From an uncultured Mycobacterium sp. (lineage in GTDB: Bacteria > Actinomycetota > Actinomycetes > Mycobacteriales > Mycobacteriaceae): a stretch of 64,000 bases of DNA. Shown here in pieces: positions 45,042-53,628 of the stretch. The first letter of the stretch is position 1, and the number at the start of each line of letters is the position of its first letter. The stretch is taken from positions 23,197 through 87,196 of the forward strand of contig CAZVST010000001.1 of assembly GCA_964629725.1 (NCBI GenBank), read 5' to 3'. Both the position numbers and the translations under genes were made by a program. The notes under the pieces are model-generated. The model saw nothing but the letters and a program-made list of their open reading frames with translations, searched no databases and was not told the origin of the DNA.

Positions 45042-46205
45042 TCAGCCGCCGGAATTCATCACATCGGCATCGACGGGCACCGTGCAGTCGTCTGGATCGT
45101 CGAGCCAGCCCTCCGGCAGGCTTACCGACGCGGCGGAGCCTTGCCGTCCCCGGGGGCCGTGGCCGGCCGCCGGGAAGGGCACGTCGGGCTCCAGCTGATC
45201 GAGCAGCCGGCTCAACTCCTCCTGGGTGCACACCAGGGCCAATGCGCGGCGCAGGTCGGAGCCGGCCGGGAAACCGTGCAGGTACCAGGCGATGTGCTTG
45301 CGGATGTCCCGCATGCCCTTGTCCTCGCCGAAGTGCGCGGCCAGCAGGGCGCCGTGCCGGCGGATGATGTCGGTGACCTCGCCCAGTGTCGGGGGCGTCG
45401 GTACCGGCGTTCCGTTGAAGGCAGCGGACAACTCGGCGAAAAGCCACGGACGCCCGAGGCATCCCCGACCGATGACGACGCCGTCGCAGCCGGTGGCGGC
45501 CATCATCGCCAGCGCGTCCCCGGCTTCGAAGATATCGCCGTTTCCCAGGACTGGGACGGTGGTGACGGCCTGCTTGAGTTCTCCGATGCGATTCCAGTCC
45601 GCCGAGGCCGAGTACCGCTGCGCCGCGGTCCGGGCGTGCAAGGCCACTGCGGCGGCGCCTTCCTGCTCGGCGATCCGGCCGGCGTCGAGGAACGTCTGGT
45701 GGTCCTCATCGATGCCGACCCGGAACTTCACCGTCACCGGAACCGAGGTTCCCATAGTGGCCCGCACCGCCGAAGCCACGATCTGCCCGAACAGTCGCCG
45801 CTTGTACGGAAGAGCAGCGCCCCCGCCGCGGCGGGTCACCTTGGGGACCGGGCAGCCGAAATTGAGGTCGATGTGGTCGGCAAGGTCGTCCTCGACGATC
45901 AACCTTGCCGCCCGGTAGGTCGTCTCGGGGTCGACGGTGTAGAGCTGCAGCGAGCGGGGGGCCTCATCGTGGCCGAAGGTGGTCATGTGCACCGTGACGG
46001 GATGGCGCTCGACGAGTGCGCGGGCGGTCACCATCTCGCAGACGTACAGCCCGCTGACGGTGCCGGCCCGGGTCTGTTCGAGCTCTCGGCACAGGGTGCG
46101 GAAGGCGACGTTGGTGACCCCGGCCATCGGCGCCAACACAACCGGGCTGCGGAGGGTCAGTGACCCGATCCGCAGCCCGGTTGAGGGTGTCTGCGCCTGC
46201 GCTAT
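45042..46205 (-). CDS. dusB: tRNA-dihydrouridine synthase (probable non-canonical start)
   Basis: VLAPMAG, DLNFGCP, LHART and GNGDI motifs. Confidence 0.93.
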   Translation of the reverse strand: MAQAQTPSTGLRIGSLTLRSPVVLAPMAGVTNVAFRTLCRELEQTRAGTVSGLYVCEMVTARALVERHPVTVHMTTFGHDEAPRSLQLYTVDPETTYRAARLIVEDDLADHIDLNFGCPVPKVTRRGGGAALPYKRRLFGQIVASAVRATMGTSVPVTVKFRVGIDEDHQTFLDAGRIAEQEGAAAVALHARTAAQRYSASADWNRIGELKQAVTTVPVLGNGDIFEAGDALAMMAATGCDGVVIGRGCLGRPWLFAELSAAFNGTPVPTPPTLGEVTDIIRRHGALLAAHFGEDKGMRDIRKHIAWYLHGFPAGSDLRRALALVCTQEELSRLLDQLEPDVPFPAAGHGPRGRQGSAASVSLPEGWLDDPDDCTVPVDADVMNSGG

Positions 46206-47200
46206 GCGGAGGCTCCCGCCAGTGCCGCCTTGGCGGCGCGCTTCTCGGCGAGCTTCGCGTCGCGGTCGAGCTTGCGCTCCTTGGCTTCTTCGAACTTCAC
46301 GCAGGTCTCCTCGAGTTCCTCGATGAGCTTGCCGAGTTCGTCGCGCAACCGGGCGCCCTCGCCGGTGAAGTCGTCGCGCTCGAAGATCCGCCACTTCTTC
46401 AGGACCGGCATGACCACGTCCTCGAGGTGGATCCGCGGGTCGTACACCCCGCCCATCGCGATGATGACGGCCTTGCGCCGGAACTCCGGAACCGTGTAAC
46501 CGGGCATCTTGAAGTTCTTCAGGATGCGGTACACGGACTGCATCGCCATATTGGGCGCGATGTCCAAGCCCGCGGCACTGACGTCGCGGTAGAAGATCAT
46601 GTGCAGGTTCTCGTCGTTGGAGATGCGCGCCAGCAGCTGTTCGGCCACCGGGTCGTTGCAGGCCTTGCCGGTGTTGCGGTGCGAGACGCGAGTGGCCAGC
46701 TCCTGGAAGCTGACGTACATCACCGAGTCGAACAGGTTGTCGGCGAACAGATCGCCCTGCTGATTCTGGCCCGGCGAGAACCCGCGGGTCATCTGCTCCA
46801 CCCGCAGTTCCTCGAGCTCAATGGGATCGCAGTTGCGGGTGACGACCAGGTAGTCACGGATGGAGATGCCGTGCCGGTTCTCCTCGGCGGTCCACCGGTT
46901 GACCCAGTAGCCCCACGGGCCTTCCATCGAGAAGTTCATCGCGATCTCGCGGTGGTAGGCGGGCAGGTTGTCCTCGGTCAGCAGGTTTTGCACCAGGGCT
47001 GTCCGGGCCACCTCGGAGAGCTTGGCCTGGTCGGGATCCCAGTCCTGGCCGCCCAGGGCGTAGTAGTTCTTGCCCTCTTTCCAGGGAATGTAGTCGTGCG
47101 GGTTCCACTCTTTGAACATCGACATATGGCGGTTGATCAGCTTCTCCGCGACGGGCTCAAGCTCGCGCAGCAGGTCGACATTGCTGAACTCTTGGGACAT
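46202..47200 (-). CDS. desA1: Acyl-ACP desaturase
   Basis: TEDNLP, WTAEENRH, FQELAT and DENLH di-iron motifs. Confidence 0.95.
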   Translation of the reverse strand: MSQEFSNVDLLRELEPVAEKLINRHMSMFKEWNPHDYIPWKEGKNYYALGGQDWDPDQAKLSEVARTALVQNLLTEDNLPAYHREIAMNFSMEGPWGYWVNRWTAEENRHGISIRDYLVVTRNCDPIELEELRVEQMTRGFSPGQNQQGDLFADNLFDSVMYVSFQELATRVSHRNTGKACNDPVAEQLLARISNDENLHMIFYRDVSAAGLDIAPNMAMQSVYRILKNFKMPGYTVPEFRRKAVIIAMGGVYDPRIHLEDVVMPVLKKWRIFERDDFTGEGARLRDELGKLIEELEETCVKFEEAKERKLDRDAKLAEKRAAKAALAGASA

Positions 47201-47365
47201 CGGTCCTCCGGTATCTGTACCTCGTGGTTGCACCAATATATCTGTGTCTGGGAGTGACATTCAAGTTGTTTGGGGTGCCGGAGTGTCTATCGGCGATGCG
47301 GGGGTAACGCGGCGGCGGTATATTCGCGATATCGGGGGTAGTTGGCGGTTTCAAGCGGAGGTGCA

Positions 47366-47848
47366 GTGGTGAAGAAGTCCCTTGCGAGTGGGGTTGGCGT
47401 CGCGGCTGCACTGGTGATGGTGTTTGGGTCTGGGTCGGCGAGTGGGAAGCCCATCGAATGGCTCAACGGGAAGACCTACGCGAAGGCCCAAGAGCTGGTC
47501 CCAGGGATGCTGAAAATCGCCGCGCGAGAGGGGAGTTATCTGCCCACAGAGGAATGCGTGATTTTCGGCGCCCAGACGTCGGGCAATATGTATGCGGTCA
47601 ATTTGAACTGCAATGCGCCTTCCGCCTTCGGTGGGCACCCAGGCAACTCTTTGGCTACACCCGAGGGGAGGAAGGCTTATGGCTACCGCAAAGAAGCCGC
47701 CCGGCTGTCTGCGGACTACGAGAAAGCGAATGCTGCGGGGAAGGAACCTGCCTGCGGGCAAAGCGATGGGGTTCGGAAGTACTGCTTCAACATCTGCACC
47801 TTCTCGGGTGAATGTTCCGACGAGTTGGCGCAATACCTGGGTCTTTAG
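47366..47848 (+). CDS. Secreted Cys-containing hypothetical protein
   Basis: GGAGG RBS, signal peptide, six Cys, PGNS..TPEGRKA motif. Confidence 0.75.
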   Translation: MVKKSLASGVGVAAALVMVFGSGSASGKPIEWLNGKTYAKAQELVPGMLKIAAREGSYLPTEECVIFGAQTSGNMYAVNLNCNAPSAFGGHPGNSLATPEGRKAYGYRKEAARLSADYEKANAAGKEPACGQSDGVRKYCFNICTFSGECSDELAQYLGL

Positions 47849-48301
47849 GGCGGAGTCTAGTCGCTACAGTGACGACGGCGGCGTCCCAGTTCATTGGCGG
47901 GACGTCGGTCACTGGGGCTGACGTTGTGCATCGCACCTTGCGATCAAAGGCTCATCCATCTAGTCCGGTGGTCAACATTCCTCTGAGATTCACCACCGCG
48001 ATAACTGCAGCACGCCGATCCGGCGGCCTTCGTCGTTGACGCGGTACACCGCCGATTCCGATGGCCGCTGCCGCGAACCCCGATACGGCCGCGAACGCCG
48101 CAACGCCAACACCGCCCGCCAGCATCTGATGCGGACACCCTGCGGGCGATGCGACCGATCCTTGAGCCCTTCCGAGCCCTCAGCCTCATTGCGGGCCCAA
48201 GCATGCGGCGAAATCGCCAACCCGCCGCTGATGACGGCAAGAAACTGACTGATACCTCTGCTCAGCTACGCTGATCTCCCTCATAACCGGGAGTGTCAAG
48301 G

Positions 48302-48381
48302 ATCAGCCGAAGTAGCTGTCGAGCATCAGCCGAAACAACGTCAGGCATCAACCGGAGACAAAACGGCAAGAATCAGCCGAA
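48302..48381. repeat. Four direct 10-mers ATCAGCCGAA next to the tRNA-Lys 3' end
   Basis: Exact copies at 48302, 48325 and 48372; variant ATCAACCGGA at 48347. Confidence 0.75.
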
Positions 48382-48398
48382 GGAATACACCGAAGATG

Positions 48399-48471
48399 TG
48401 CCCCCAGTAGGACTCGAACCTACGACCTGCGGATTAAAAGTCCGTAGCTCTACCAACTGAGCTATAGGGGC
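48399..48471 (-). tRNA. tRNA-Lys(UUU), CCA not encoded
   Basis: Cloverleaf GCCCCTATAGCTCAGTTGGTAGAGC...GGACTTTTAATCC...GGTTCGAGTCC. Confidence 0.98.
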
Positions 48472-48481
48472 GTGGTCACAC

Positions 48482-48542
48482 AGGATACTGCCCGACGATT
48501 CGCCCTCTGCGTTTGGGGATTAGGCGCACCATCACCTAAGCT
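48482..48542. promoter_or_regulatory. Divergent tRNA promoters
   Basis: TATCCT on the minus strand (48487-48482) and TAAGCT on the plus strand (48537-48542) match TANNNT. Confidence 0.5.
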
Positions 48543-48597
48543 AGCGAGCGCTCAACGAAAACTCGTTGTGGATGTATCCCCGGAGAGATTCGGCCAG

Positions 48598-48670
48598 GCC
48601 CCCTTCGTCTAGCGGCCTAGGACGCCGCCCTTTCAAGGCGGTAGCGCGGGTTCGAATCCCGTAGGGGGTA
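48598..48670 (+). tRNA. tRNA-Glu(UUC), CCA not encoded
   Basis: GCCCCCT/AGGGGGT acceptor stem; CTTTCAA anticodon loop. Confidence 0.98.
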
Positions 48671-48701
48671 CGCACGACGCAATTTCGCGGAGTAGCAGCA
48701 A

Positions 48702-48778
48702 GGCCCTGTGGCGCAGTTGGTTAGCGCGCCGCCCTGTCACGGCGGAGGTCGCGGGTTCGAGTCCCGTCAGGGTCGCCA
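48702..48778 (+). tRNA. tRNA-Asp(GUC) with encoded CCA
   Basis: GGCCCTG acceptor; CTGTCAC anticodon loop. Confidence 0.98.
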
Positions 48779-48816
48779 ATTCGGCGAGGCGCCATTCCCA
48801 TGTCCGGGTGCCTTCC

Positions 48817-48890
48817 GGCCAGGTAGCTCAGTTGGTACGAGCGTCCGCCTGAAAAGCGGAAGGTCGCCGGTTCGATCCCGGCCCTGGCCA
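48817..48890 (+). tRNA. tRNA-Phe(GAA), integration target
   Basis: GGCCAGG/CCTGGCC acceptor; CTGAAAA loop; 3' half duplicated at 58864. Confidence 0.98.
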
Positions 48891-48891
48891 C
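48854..48891 (+). repeat. attL core
   Basis: AAGCGGAAGGTCGCCGGTTCGATCCCGGCCCTGGCCAC. Confidence 0.95.
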
Positions 48892-48934
48892 GTCAGAGGC
48901 CATATTTGTCGCCTCGCAACCCTCCACTTGACGT

Positions 48935-50119
48935 TTATTCGTCGTTTATGCCGACCGCCTTGTCGAGGACGTCGGCCACCTCGGTATGCACCGCACCGCG
49001 ACTCATGTAGACATCCTGGGTCATCGACGGCCGCGCGTGGCCCAGCTGGTCGGCACCGATCCGGGCCGACAGACCCGAATCGTCGATCAGCGTGGCCACG
49101 GTCTTGCGGAAGCTGTGCGAGGAGACCTCGGGTAGCCCAAGACCCTCGCGGACCTCGCGCCACTGCTTGCCGAAGTTGTCAGGGTCTCGCAGCGTGCCCG
49201 CCGACGACGGGAAGATCACCCCGACGCTGTTCGGTCGCTGAACGCCGGCCTTCCGGCGGTGGAGCGCATCCACCGCGAACTGAGGTAGCGGTACCGACCG
49301 GGCCGCGCCGCCCTTCGTCGTGTCCTGCCGGATCAGGCCCTTGCCCTTGATCCTGACCACCGACCCGTTGATCGACAACACCTTCCCGTCGAGGTCGACG
49401 TCCTCCCATCTCAGCGCCAACAGTTCCGAGCGCCGTAGGCCGGTGGCGGCCAGGAGGATCACCGGGTCGGCCAGATCCTTCTGAGCGCACTCCTTCGACG
49501 CACCGACCGCCGTCACCAGCGTCCGCACCTGATCGACCCCGAGGGCTGGCGCACCCTTCGCCCTCTTTTCGGCCTTCCTGCGCCGCCTGGTGCCCAATTC
49601 CCTCACCGGGTTAGCCGCGATAGCTCCCGCGAGTACCGCATCAGTCATAACGGCGTTCAGAGCCACTTTGGTATGCCGCTCCCGAGTGGCACCGTGGTCC
49701 CGCCGGATACCGCGAAGAATCTCGTCGAGAAGGCCCGGAGTCGCCTCACTGACCCTCACGTCGGCCATCCGCGCCCGGACCGCGTCGAGGGTCGCCTCAT
49801 AGGTGTCGACTGATTTGGGAGCTAGTTCGCCGTCATCCCGGCATCGGTTGATGTACCGGGTCAGCAGATCCCCGAGAGTGGTCGTGCCGGTGATGCTGCC
49901 TGACCCCGGTGGACGCCTGGCCGTGATCGCATCACGTAAGACCCCCTCGGCGCGCGCGCCGTACTCGTCGACCACACCGGCCGGCGTCATCCGTTCCAGT
50001 CGCCGCGTCACCCCGTCGAGGTCGCGGAACCGGCACCGGGCCACCCAGACCCCGCCGCCGAGGCTGATCCGGGTGATCTTGCCGTGCTGGCCGATCCGCA
50101 TGGGAGGCCTACCCGCCAT
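48935..50119 (-). CDS. int: Tyrosine integrase
   Basis: TGLRRSELLAL (R), HSFRKT (HxxR), LGHARPSMTQDVY (H, Y); phiRv2-like N-terminus MAGRPPMRIGQHG. Confidence 0.96.
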   Translation of the reverse strand: MAGRPPMRIGQHGKITRISLGGGVWVARCRFRDLDGVTRRLERMTPAGVVDEYGARAEGVLRDAITARRPPGSGSITGTTTLGDLLTRYINRCRDDGELAPKSVDTYEATLDAVRARMADVRVSEATPGLLDEILRGIRRDHGATRERHTKVALNAVMTDAVLAGAIAANPVRELGTRRRRKAEKRAKGAPALGVDQVRTLVTAVGASKECAQKDLADPVILLAATGLRRSELLALRWEDVDLDGKVLSINGSVVRIKGKGLIRQDTTKGGAARSVPLPQFAVDALHRRKAGVQRPNSVGVIFPSSAGTLRDPDNFGKQWREVREGLGLPEVSSHSFRKTVATLIDDSGLSARIGADQLGHARPSMTQDVYMSRGAVHTEVADVLDKAVGINDE

Positions 50120-50744
50120 CGTGACCACCATCCGGTTGCACGCCGAAGATCTCCCACGCAATCTCTCGACGCGGTGCTTTCTCCTCGTTGATCTGACGTT
50201 TCAGATCTTCGGCCGTAGCCACCAGCCCCGCGATCTCGTCCTCTGGGGCCTTTCCGCGCCTTAGCCCTATCTCGCGCAAGACATCCTTGCGGCGGGTATC
50301 CAACTCGCGCACACGCCGTGCGACCCGCAGCGGCCGAAGCTGCTCCCAATAGTTCATCGCCGCGAGCATTGGTATCTGGATCAGTCGGCCATCATCGTCA
50401 CCAGGGACCGGCGACACGCTGTCCAATTCGCCCGAAAACCATTCCACCGCAGCAATTTTCGGTAGCTCCATCGACGGAGTGATGTGAACCCATTCCCCCA
50501 GGTAAGGCCCCGGATAGATCAGGGCAATCGGGGCCGTTTCCAGCGCCGCCGCCAGGAGGACCAGGTCGGTAACAGTGATCGACTTGCGTCGTCCGGTTTC
50601 GATCTCGGAGATCGTCGAACGCGAGACCCGGTGGCCGAGCTCCTCGGTTCGGTCGGAGAGCCACTGCCCTGACCGGGCTCCTCGCAAGCGCTTGATCTCG
50701 CTGGCGATCCGCGCTGTGACTTCGTCCGGCCAAGAATCCGACAT
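50109..50744 (-). CDS. XRE-family repressor, leaderless
   Basis: HTH SGQWLSDRTEELGHRVSRSTISEIETGRR; 3' end overlaps the integrase start. Confidence 0.88.
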   Translation of the reverse strand: MSDSWPDEVTARIASEIKRLRGARSGQWLSDRTEELGHRVSRSTISEIETGRRKSITVTDLVLLAAALETAPIALIYPGPYLGEWVHITPSMELPKIAAVEWFSGELDSVSPVPGDDDGRLIQIPMLAAMNYWEQLRPLRVARRVRELDTRRKDVLREIGLRRGKAPEDEIAGLVATAEDLKRQINEEKAPRREIAWEIFGVQPDGGHDGG

Positions 50745-50855
50745 ACCGACGAGATTAGCGCGATCCTTGCGGGATTCCGAAGGACATGCCTAGACTGACC
50801 GGGAATCAGTCAGAAATGGCACTGTAGCGCCGGAAATCCGAAAGAGAGCCGATTT
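50745..50855. promoter_or_regulatory. Divergent genetic switch with three operator-like 10-mers
   Basis: CGGGATTCCG 50770, CGGGAATCAG 50800, CGGAAATCCG 50831; -10 TAATCT (minus) and TAGACT (plus, 50791). Confidence 0.6.
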
Positions 50856-51062
50856 ATGCCCACCACGCCACAAACCCCAGACGAGTGCTGGATGACGCGC
50901 CCGGAGGTCGCCGAGCGTCTCCGGGTACCGGACAAGACCCTCGCCCAGTGGGCAAGTCAGGGCAAAGGGCCGAAGTACGCCCGATTCGGCCGGCACTGCC
51001 GCTACCGGATCTCAGATGTCATCGCTTGGGAGAACGCGCAATTCTCCGGTGATGCGGCCTGA
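50856..51062 (+). CDS. Excisionase/AlpA-like HTH protein
   Basis: MTRPEVAERLRVPDKTLAQWASQGKGPKYARFGRHCRYR (HTH_17-like). Confidence 0.88.
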   Translation: MPTTPQTPDECWMTRPEVAERLRVPDKTLAQWASQGKGPKYARFGRHCRYRISDVIAWENAQFSGDAA

Positions 51063-51448
51063 TGATGACGACCCCCGGAAAGAGCGAAGGCCCCGAGGTA
51101 GCCGCCTCGGAGCCTTCAGAACCCGCCGCCCCTCAGAAGAACGAACAGGAGAACCCCATCATGACACAGCGGTCCCACAATCCATTCCCGGTCGACCCGA
51201 CAGGCCCGCTCACAATGGGCACGATTCCTGACGCCGACCTCGACCGGCTGATCGCCGCCACCATCGCGCCGATAGAACGGCTGCGGTCGGCAGTCGACGA
51301 CGTCGACCCAGCACAGTTGACGGCAAGGGACGTGCTCGCCCTGTTCGACTTGATCCAAGCGGCGTACGAGTCGGAATCGGCATTCGGCAAGGCAATTCGC
51401 CAGGCGGAAGGCAACAGGAAGAAGGCCGTTGCCGAGGTGGTCCAGTGA
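51062..51448 (+). CDS. Hypothetical protein (start may be 51161)
   Basis: Coupled overlaps on both sides; helical C-terminal region. Confidence 0.65.
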   Translation: MMTTPGKSEGPEVAASEPSEPAAPQKNEQENPIMTQRSHNPFPVDPTGPLTMGTIPDADLDRLIAATIAPIERLRSAVDDVDPAQLTARDVLALFDLIQAAYESESAFGKAIRQAEGNRKKAVAEVVQ

Positions 51449-51738
51449 ACTCGCGGCAAGTGGCCTGGGAGCCGGTCTACCGGTTCCTCGCACCAGACCT
51501 CGGCGATCACAACATAATCCCTGGCACGCCGGCCTGGTGTGACCTCGACGACCACGATCACCGCAAGAGGGCGGCCTGTAACTGGCCGGTGGTCTGGTGG
51601 TCGGTCGCCGAGGATGCGCGCCAGACCGCGATTGCCGAGGCCTCGCGCGAGATCAGCACGGCCGCCGACTGGCCGGCGGTGGCACGCCGTATGCAGCGCC
51701 GGAAGTCGGGCGTCTACATCCCCAGGGCGGTCGCGTGA
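51445..51738 (+). CDS. DUF2742 protein (phiRv1/phiRv2 Rv2656c-like)
   Basis: PGTPAWCDLDD and AEASREISTAADW motifs. Confidence 0.85.
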   Translation: MNSRQVAWEPVYRFLAPDLGDHNIIPGTPAWCDLDDHDHRKRAACNWPVVWWSVAEDARQTAIAEASREISTAADWPAVARRMQRRKSGVYIPRAVA

Positions 51739-51899
51739 TGGACGCCTACACCAGGGGATACCGCCGCGCCGCGCGTCACCTTCTGGCCGCTGGTCTGCTG
51801 CCCGCGCCGTGCCCGGAAGGCCTGCGGTTCATGTGGACAGCCAGCCCCGACGACCGCGCCATCGTGCGACATATCAGCGAAAGGTGGGTCACCCGTTGA
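51738..51899 (+). CDS. Small hypothetical protein, 53 aa
   Basis: TGATG and TTGA overlaps with its neighbours. Confidence 0.65.
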   Translation: MDAYTRGYRRAARHLLAAGLLPAPCPEGLRFMWTASPDDRAIVRHISERWVTR

Positions 51900-53266
51900 C
51901 CGACAACGGATTCTGGGACGCTCGACCGACCTTGCGCCGCGTGCAGACCCAGGCCCGCGCGCGCAGGGTCGGACCCTGGTCGCTTCTCACTGTGCAGCTG
52001 GTCCGCGCTATCGCTTCGATCCCGCCGAACGTCGGCCTTCCTCCGCTCGTCGGCGCCAGGGCCTCGCTCAACATGTTCGCCAATCTCGTCGGCCACAGCG
52101 CCGGAGGCAAGGGCGTCTCCGAGGCGCTGGGAGCCGAGGCAATCACCATCCACGGCGCCGGCCCGATCCGGGTCGTCCCACTGGGCTCCGGGGAAGGCGT
52201 CGCCCGGACGTTCATCATCGACGACGAGAACGACGACCACGGCGCGACGGCTGCGATCTTCTCGGCGTCGGAGGCCGACACCCTGACCGCACTGGCCGCG
52301 AGGCAGGGGAGTACCACCTCCTCGGAGCTTCGCAAGGCGTGGTCCGGGGAGACCCTCGGCCACGGCAACGCGGGCAAGGACTCCCGCCGGATCGTCGAGG
52401 CCCACACGTATCGAATGGGCCTCATCGTCGGGATGCAACACCTTCGCTCCGGACCGGTCCTGGCCGCGGTCGACGGCGGGCTCCCGCAACGGTTCTCCTG
52501 GGCTCCGACATGGGACCGGACCGCCCCTATCGTCGCCCCGGATTGGCCCGGAAACGTCATCGTGACGATGCCGAACTGGGGGACCGCTCCGGTAGACCTC
52601 GCAGTGCCGGTCTCGGTCGCCCGTCAGATCGACGAGCGCCGACTCGCCGCGCTACATGGGGAGGCGGTCGACCCGCTCGACGGCCACGCGGATCTCGTCA
52701 GGCTCAAGTTGGCCGCCGCCCTGATGGCCCTCGACGGCCGGCACGAACTGACCGAGGAGGACTGGCAGCTTTCCGGAGTCCTGACGTCGGTCAGCGCCAT
52801 GACCAGACAGGAGTGTCAGGACGCCCTGGTCGAACAATCCCGCGCGATCAACCGCTCCCGCGCCCACGCCGTCGCCGACCGCGAGGAGATCATCGACGAC
52901 CGCAAGGCCCAGCGGGCACGCGAGGCGATCCTTCGCAAGATCGACAGCAAGGGACAGCAAACAAAGAACGAACTCCGGATGGCCATGAAGTCGACCATCC
53001 GCGACTACCTCGATCCCGCCATCGACGACCTGATCGAAGCCCGTCAGATCGCCATATCGCCAGCACTGCGCGGGACTCACCGGGTACACGTGTACCACCG
53101 GTACATGCCCTCCGAACCGCCCTTGAACAGCAGTGATGCCGAATGTACCGAGAGTCCACATGTACCCACGCCGCTAGATCTCGCACGACACCGAGAACCC
53201 CGGCAACGGCAACGCAGCCGCGGCAAGCACCGCACCGGACAGCAAACACAGGATGCCTCGGCATGA
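51896..53266 (+). CDS. Putative replication P-loop ATPase/helicase (DUF3987/YfjI-like)
   Basis: Walker A-like LVGHSAGGKG, SELRKAWSGE, GGLPQRF; C-terminal winged-helix-like segment; TTG start inferred. Confidence 0.65.
   Translation: MTDNGFWDARPTLRRVQTQARARRVGPWSLLTVQLVRAIASIPPNVGLPPLVGARASLNMFANLVGHSAGGKGVSEALGAEAITIHGAGPIRVVPLGSGEGVARTFIIDDENDDHGATAAIFSASEADTLTALAARQGSTTSSELRKAWSGETLGHGNAGKDSRRIVEAHTYRMGLIVGMQHLRSGPVLAAVDGGLPQRFSWAPTWDRTAPIVAPDWPGNVIVTMPNWGTAPVDLAVPVSVARQIDERRLAALHGEAVDPLDGHADLVRLKLAAALMALDGRHELTEEDWQLSGVLTSVSAMTRQECQDALVEQSRAINRSRAHAVADREEIIDDRKAQRAREAILRKIDSKGQQTKNELRMAMKSTIRDYLDPAIDDLIEARQIAISPALRGTHRVHVYHRYMPSEPPLNSSDAECTESPHVPTPLDLARHREPRQRQRSRGKHRTGQQTQDASA
53083..53166. 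repeat. Iteron-like GGTACA/TGTACC array, candidate replication origin
   Basis: GGTACA at 53083 and 53100; TGTACC at 53091, 53144 and 53161; 14-bp palindrome GGTACACGTGTACC. Confidence 0.6.
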
Positions 53267-53628
53267 CCCGCCGCGTCATCTTCCCCGACCCCGAAATCTG
53301 GAAGGCCAACAACACCGTGAACAAGATCCCGATTCACCGCCCACTCACCGCCCAGGAGTGCCACCTGTTGCGCATCCTCGCCGTTGCAGTCGTGGCGCAT
53401 CAGGGCAATTGCCCGCACGAGATCGCCGCCCAGGCGCTCGACCAGTACGCAGCCGAGGGGACCATCAGCATCGACGCCGACGACACCGACGCCAACCTCC
53501 GGATCGACGGCAAGGTGATCGTCCATGCCACTCGCGACTGGCTGGCCTTCCATGCCGAACACCCGGAGGCCATCGACGCCAACCGGCACGGCCACGTCAT
53601 CCGGCGCAACGAGGAAGACAAGGAGTGA
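53263..53628 (+). CDS. phiRv1 Rv1579c-like protein
   Basis: IHRPLT...ALDQYAAEGT...VHATRDWLAFHA resembles the recalled Rv1579c sequence. Confidence 0.75.
   Translation: MTRRVIFPDPEIWKANNTVNKIPIHRPLTAQECHLLRILAVAVVAHQGNCPHEIAAQALDQYAAEGTISIDADDTDANLRIDGKVIVHATRDWLAFHAEHPEAIDANRHGHVIRRNEEDKE

Noticed and set aside
47850-48250. Short ORFs downstream of the secreted protein, including a 57-aa hydrophobic minus-strand ORF
   Set aside because: No recognisable domain or good initiation signals; treated as part of the island scar
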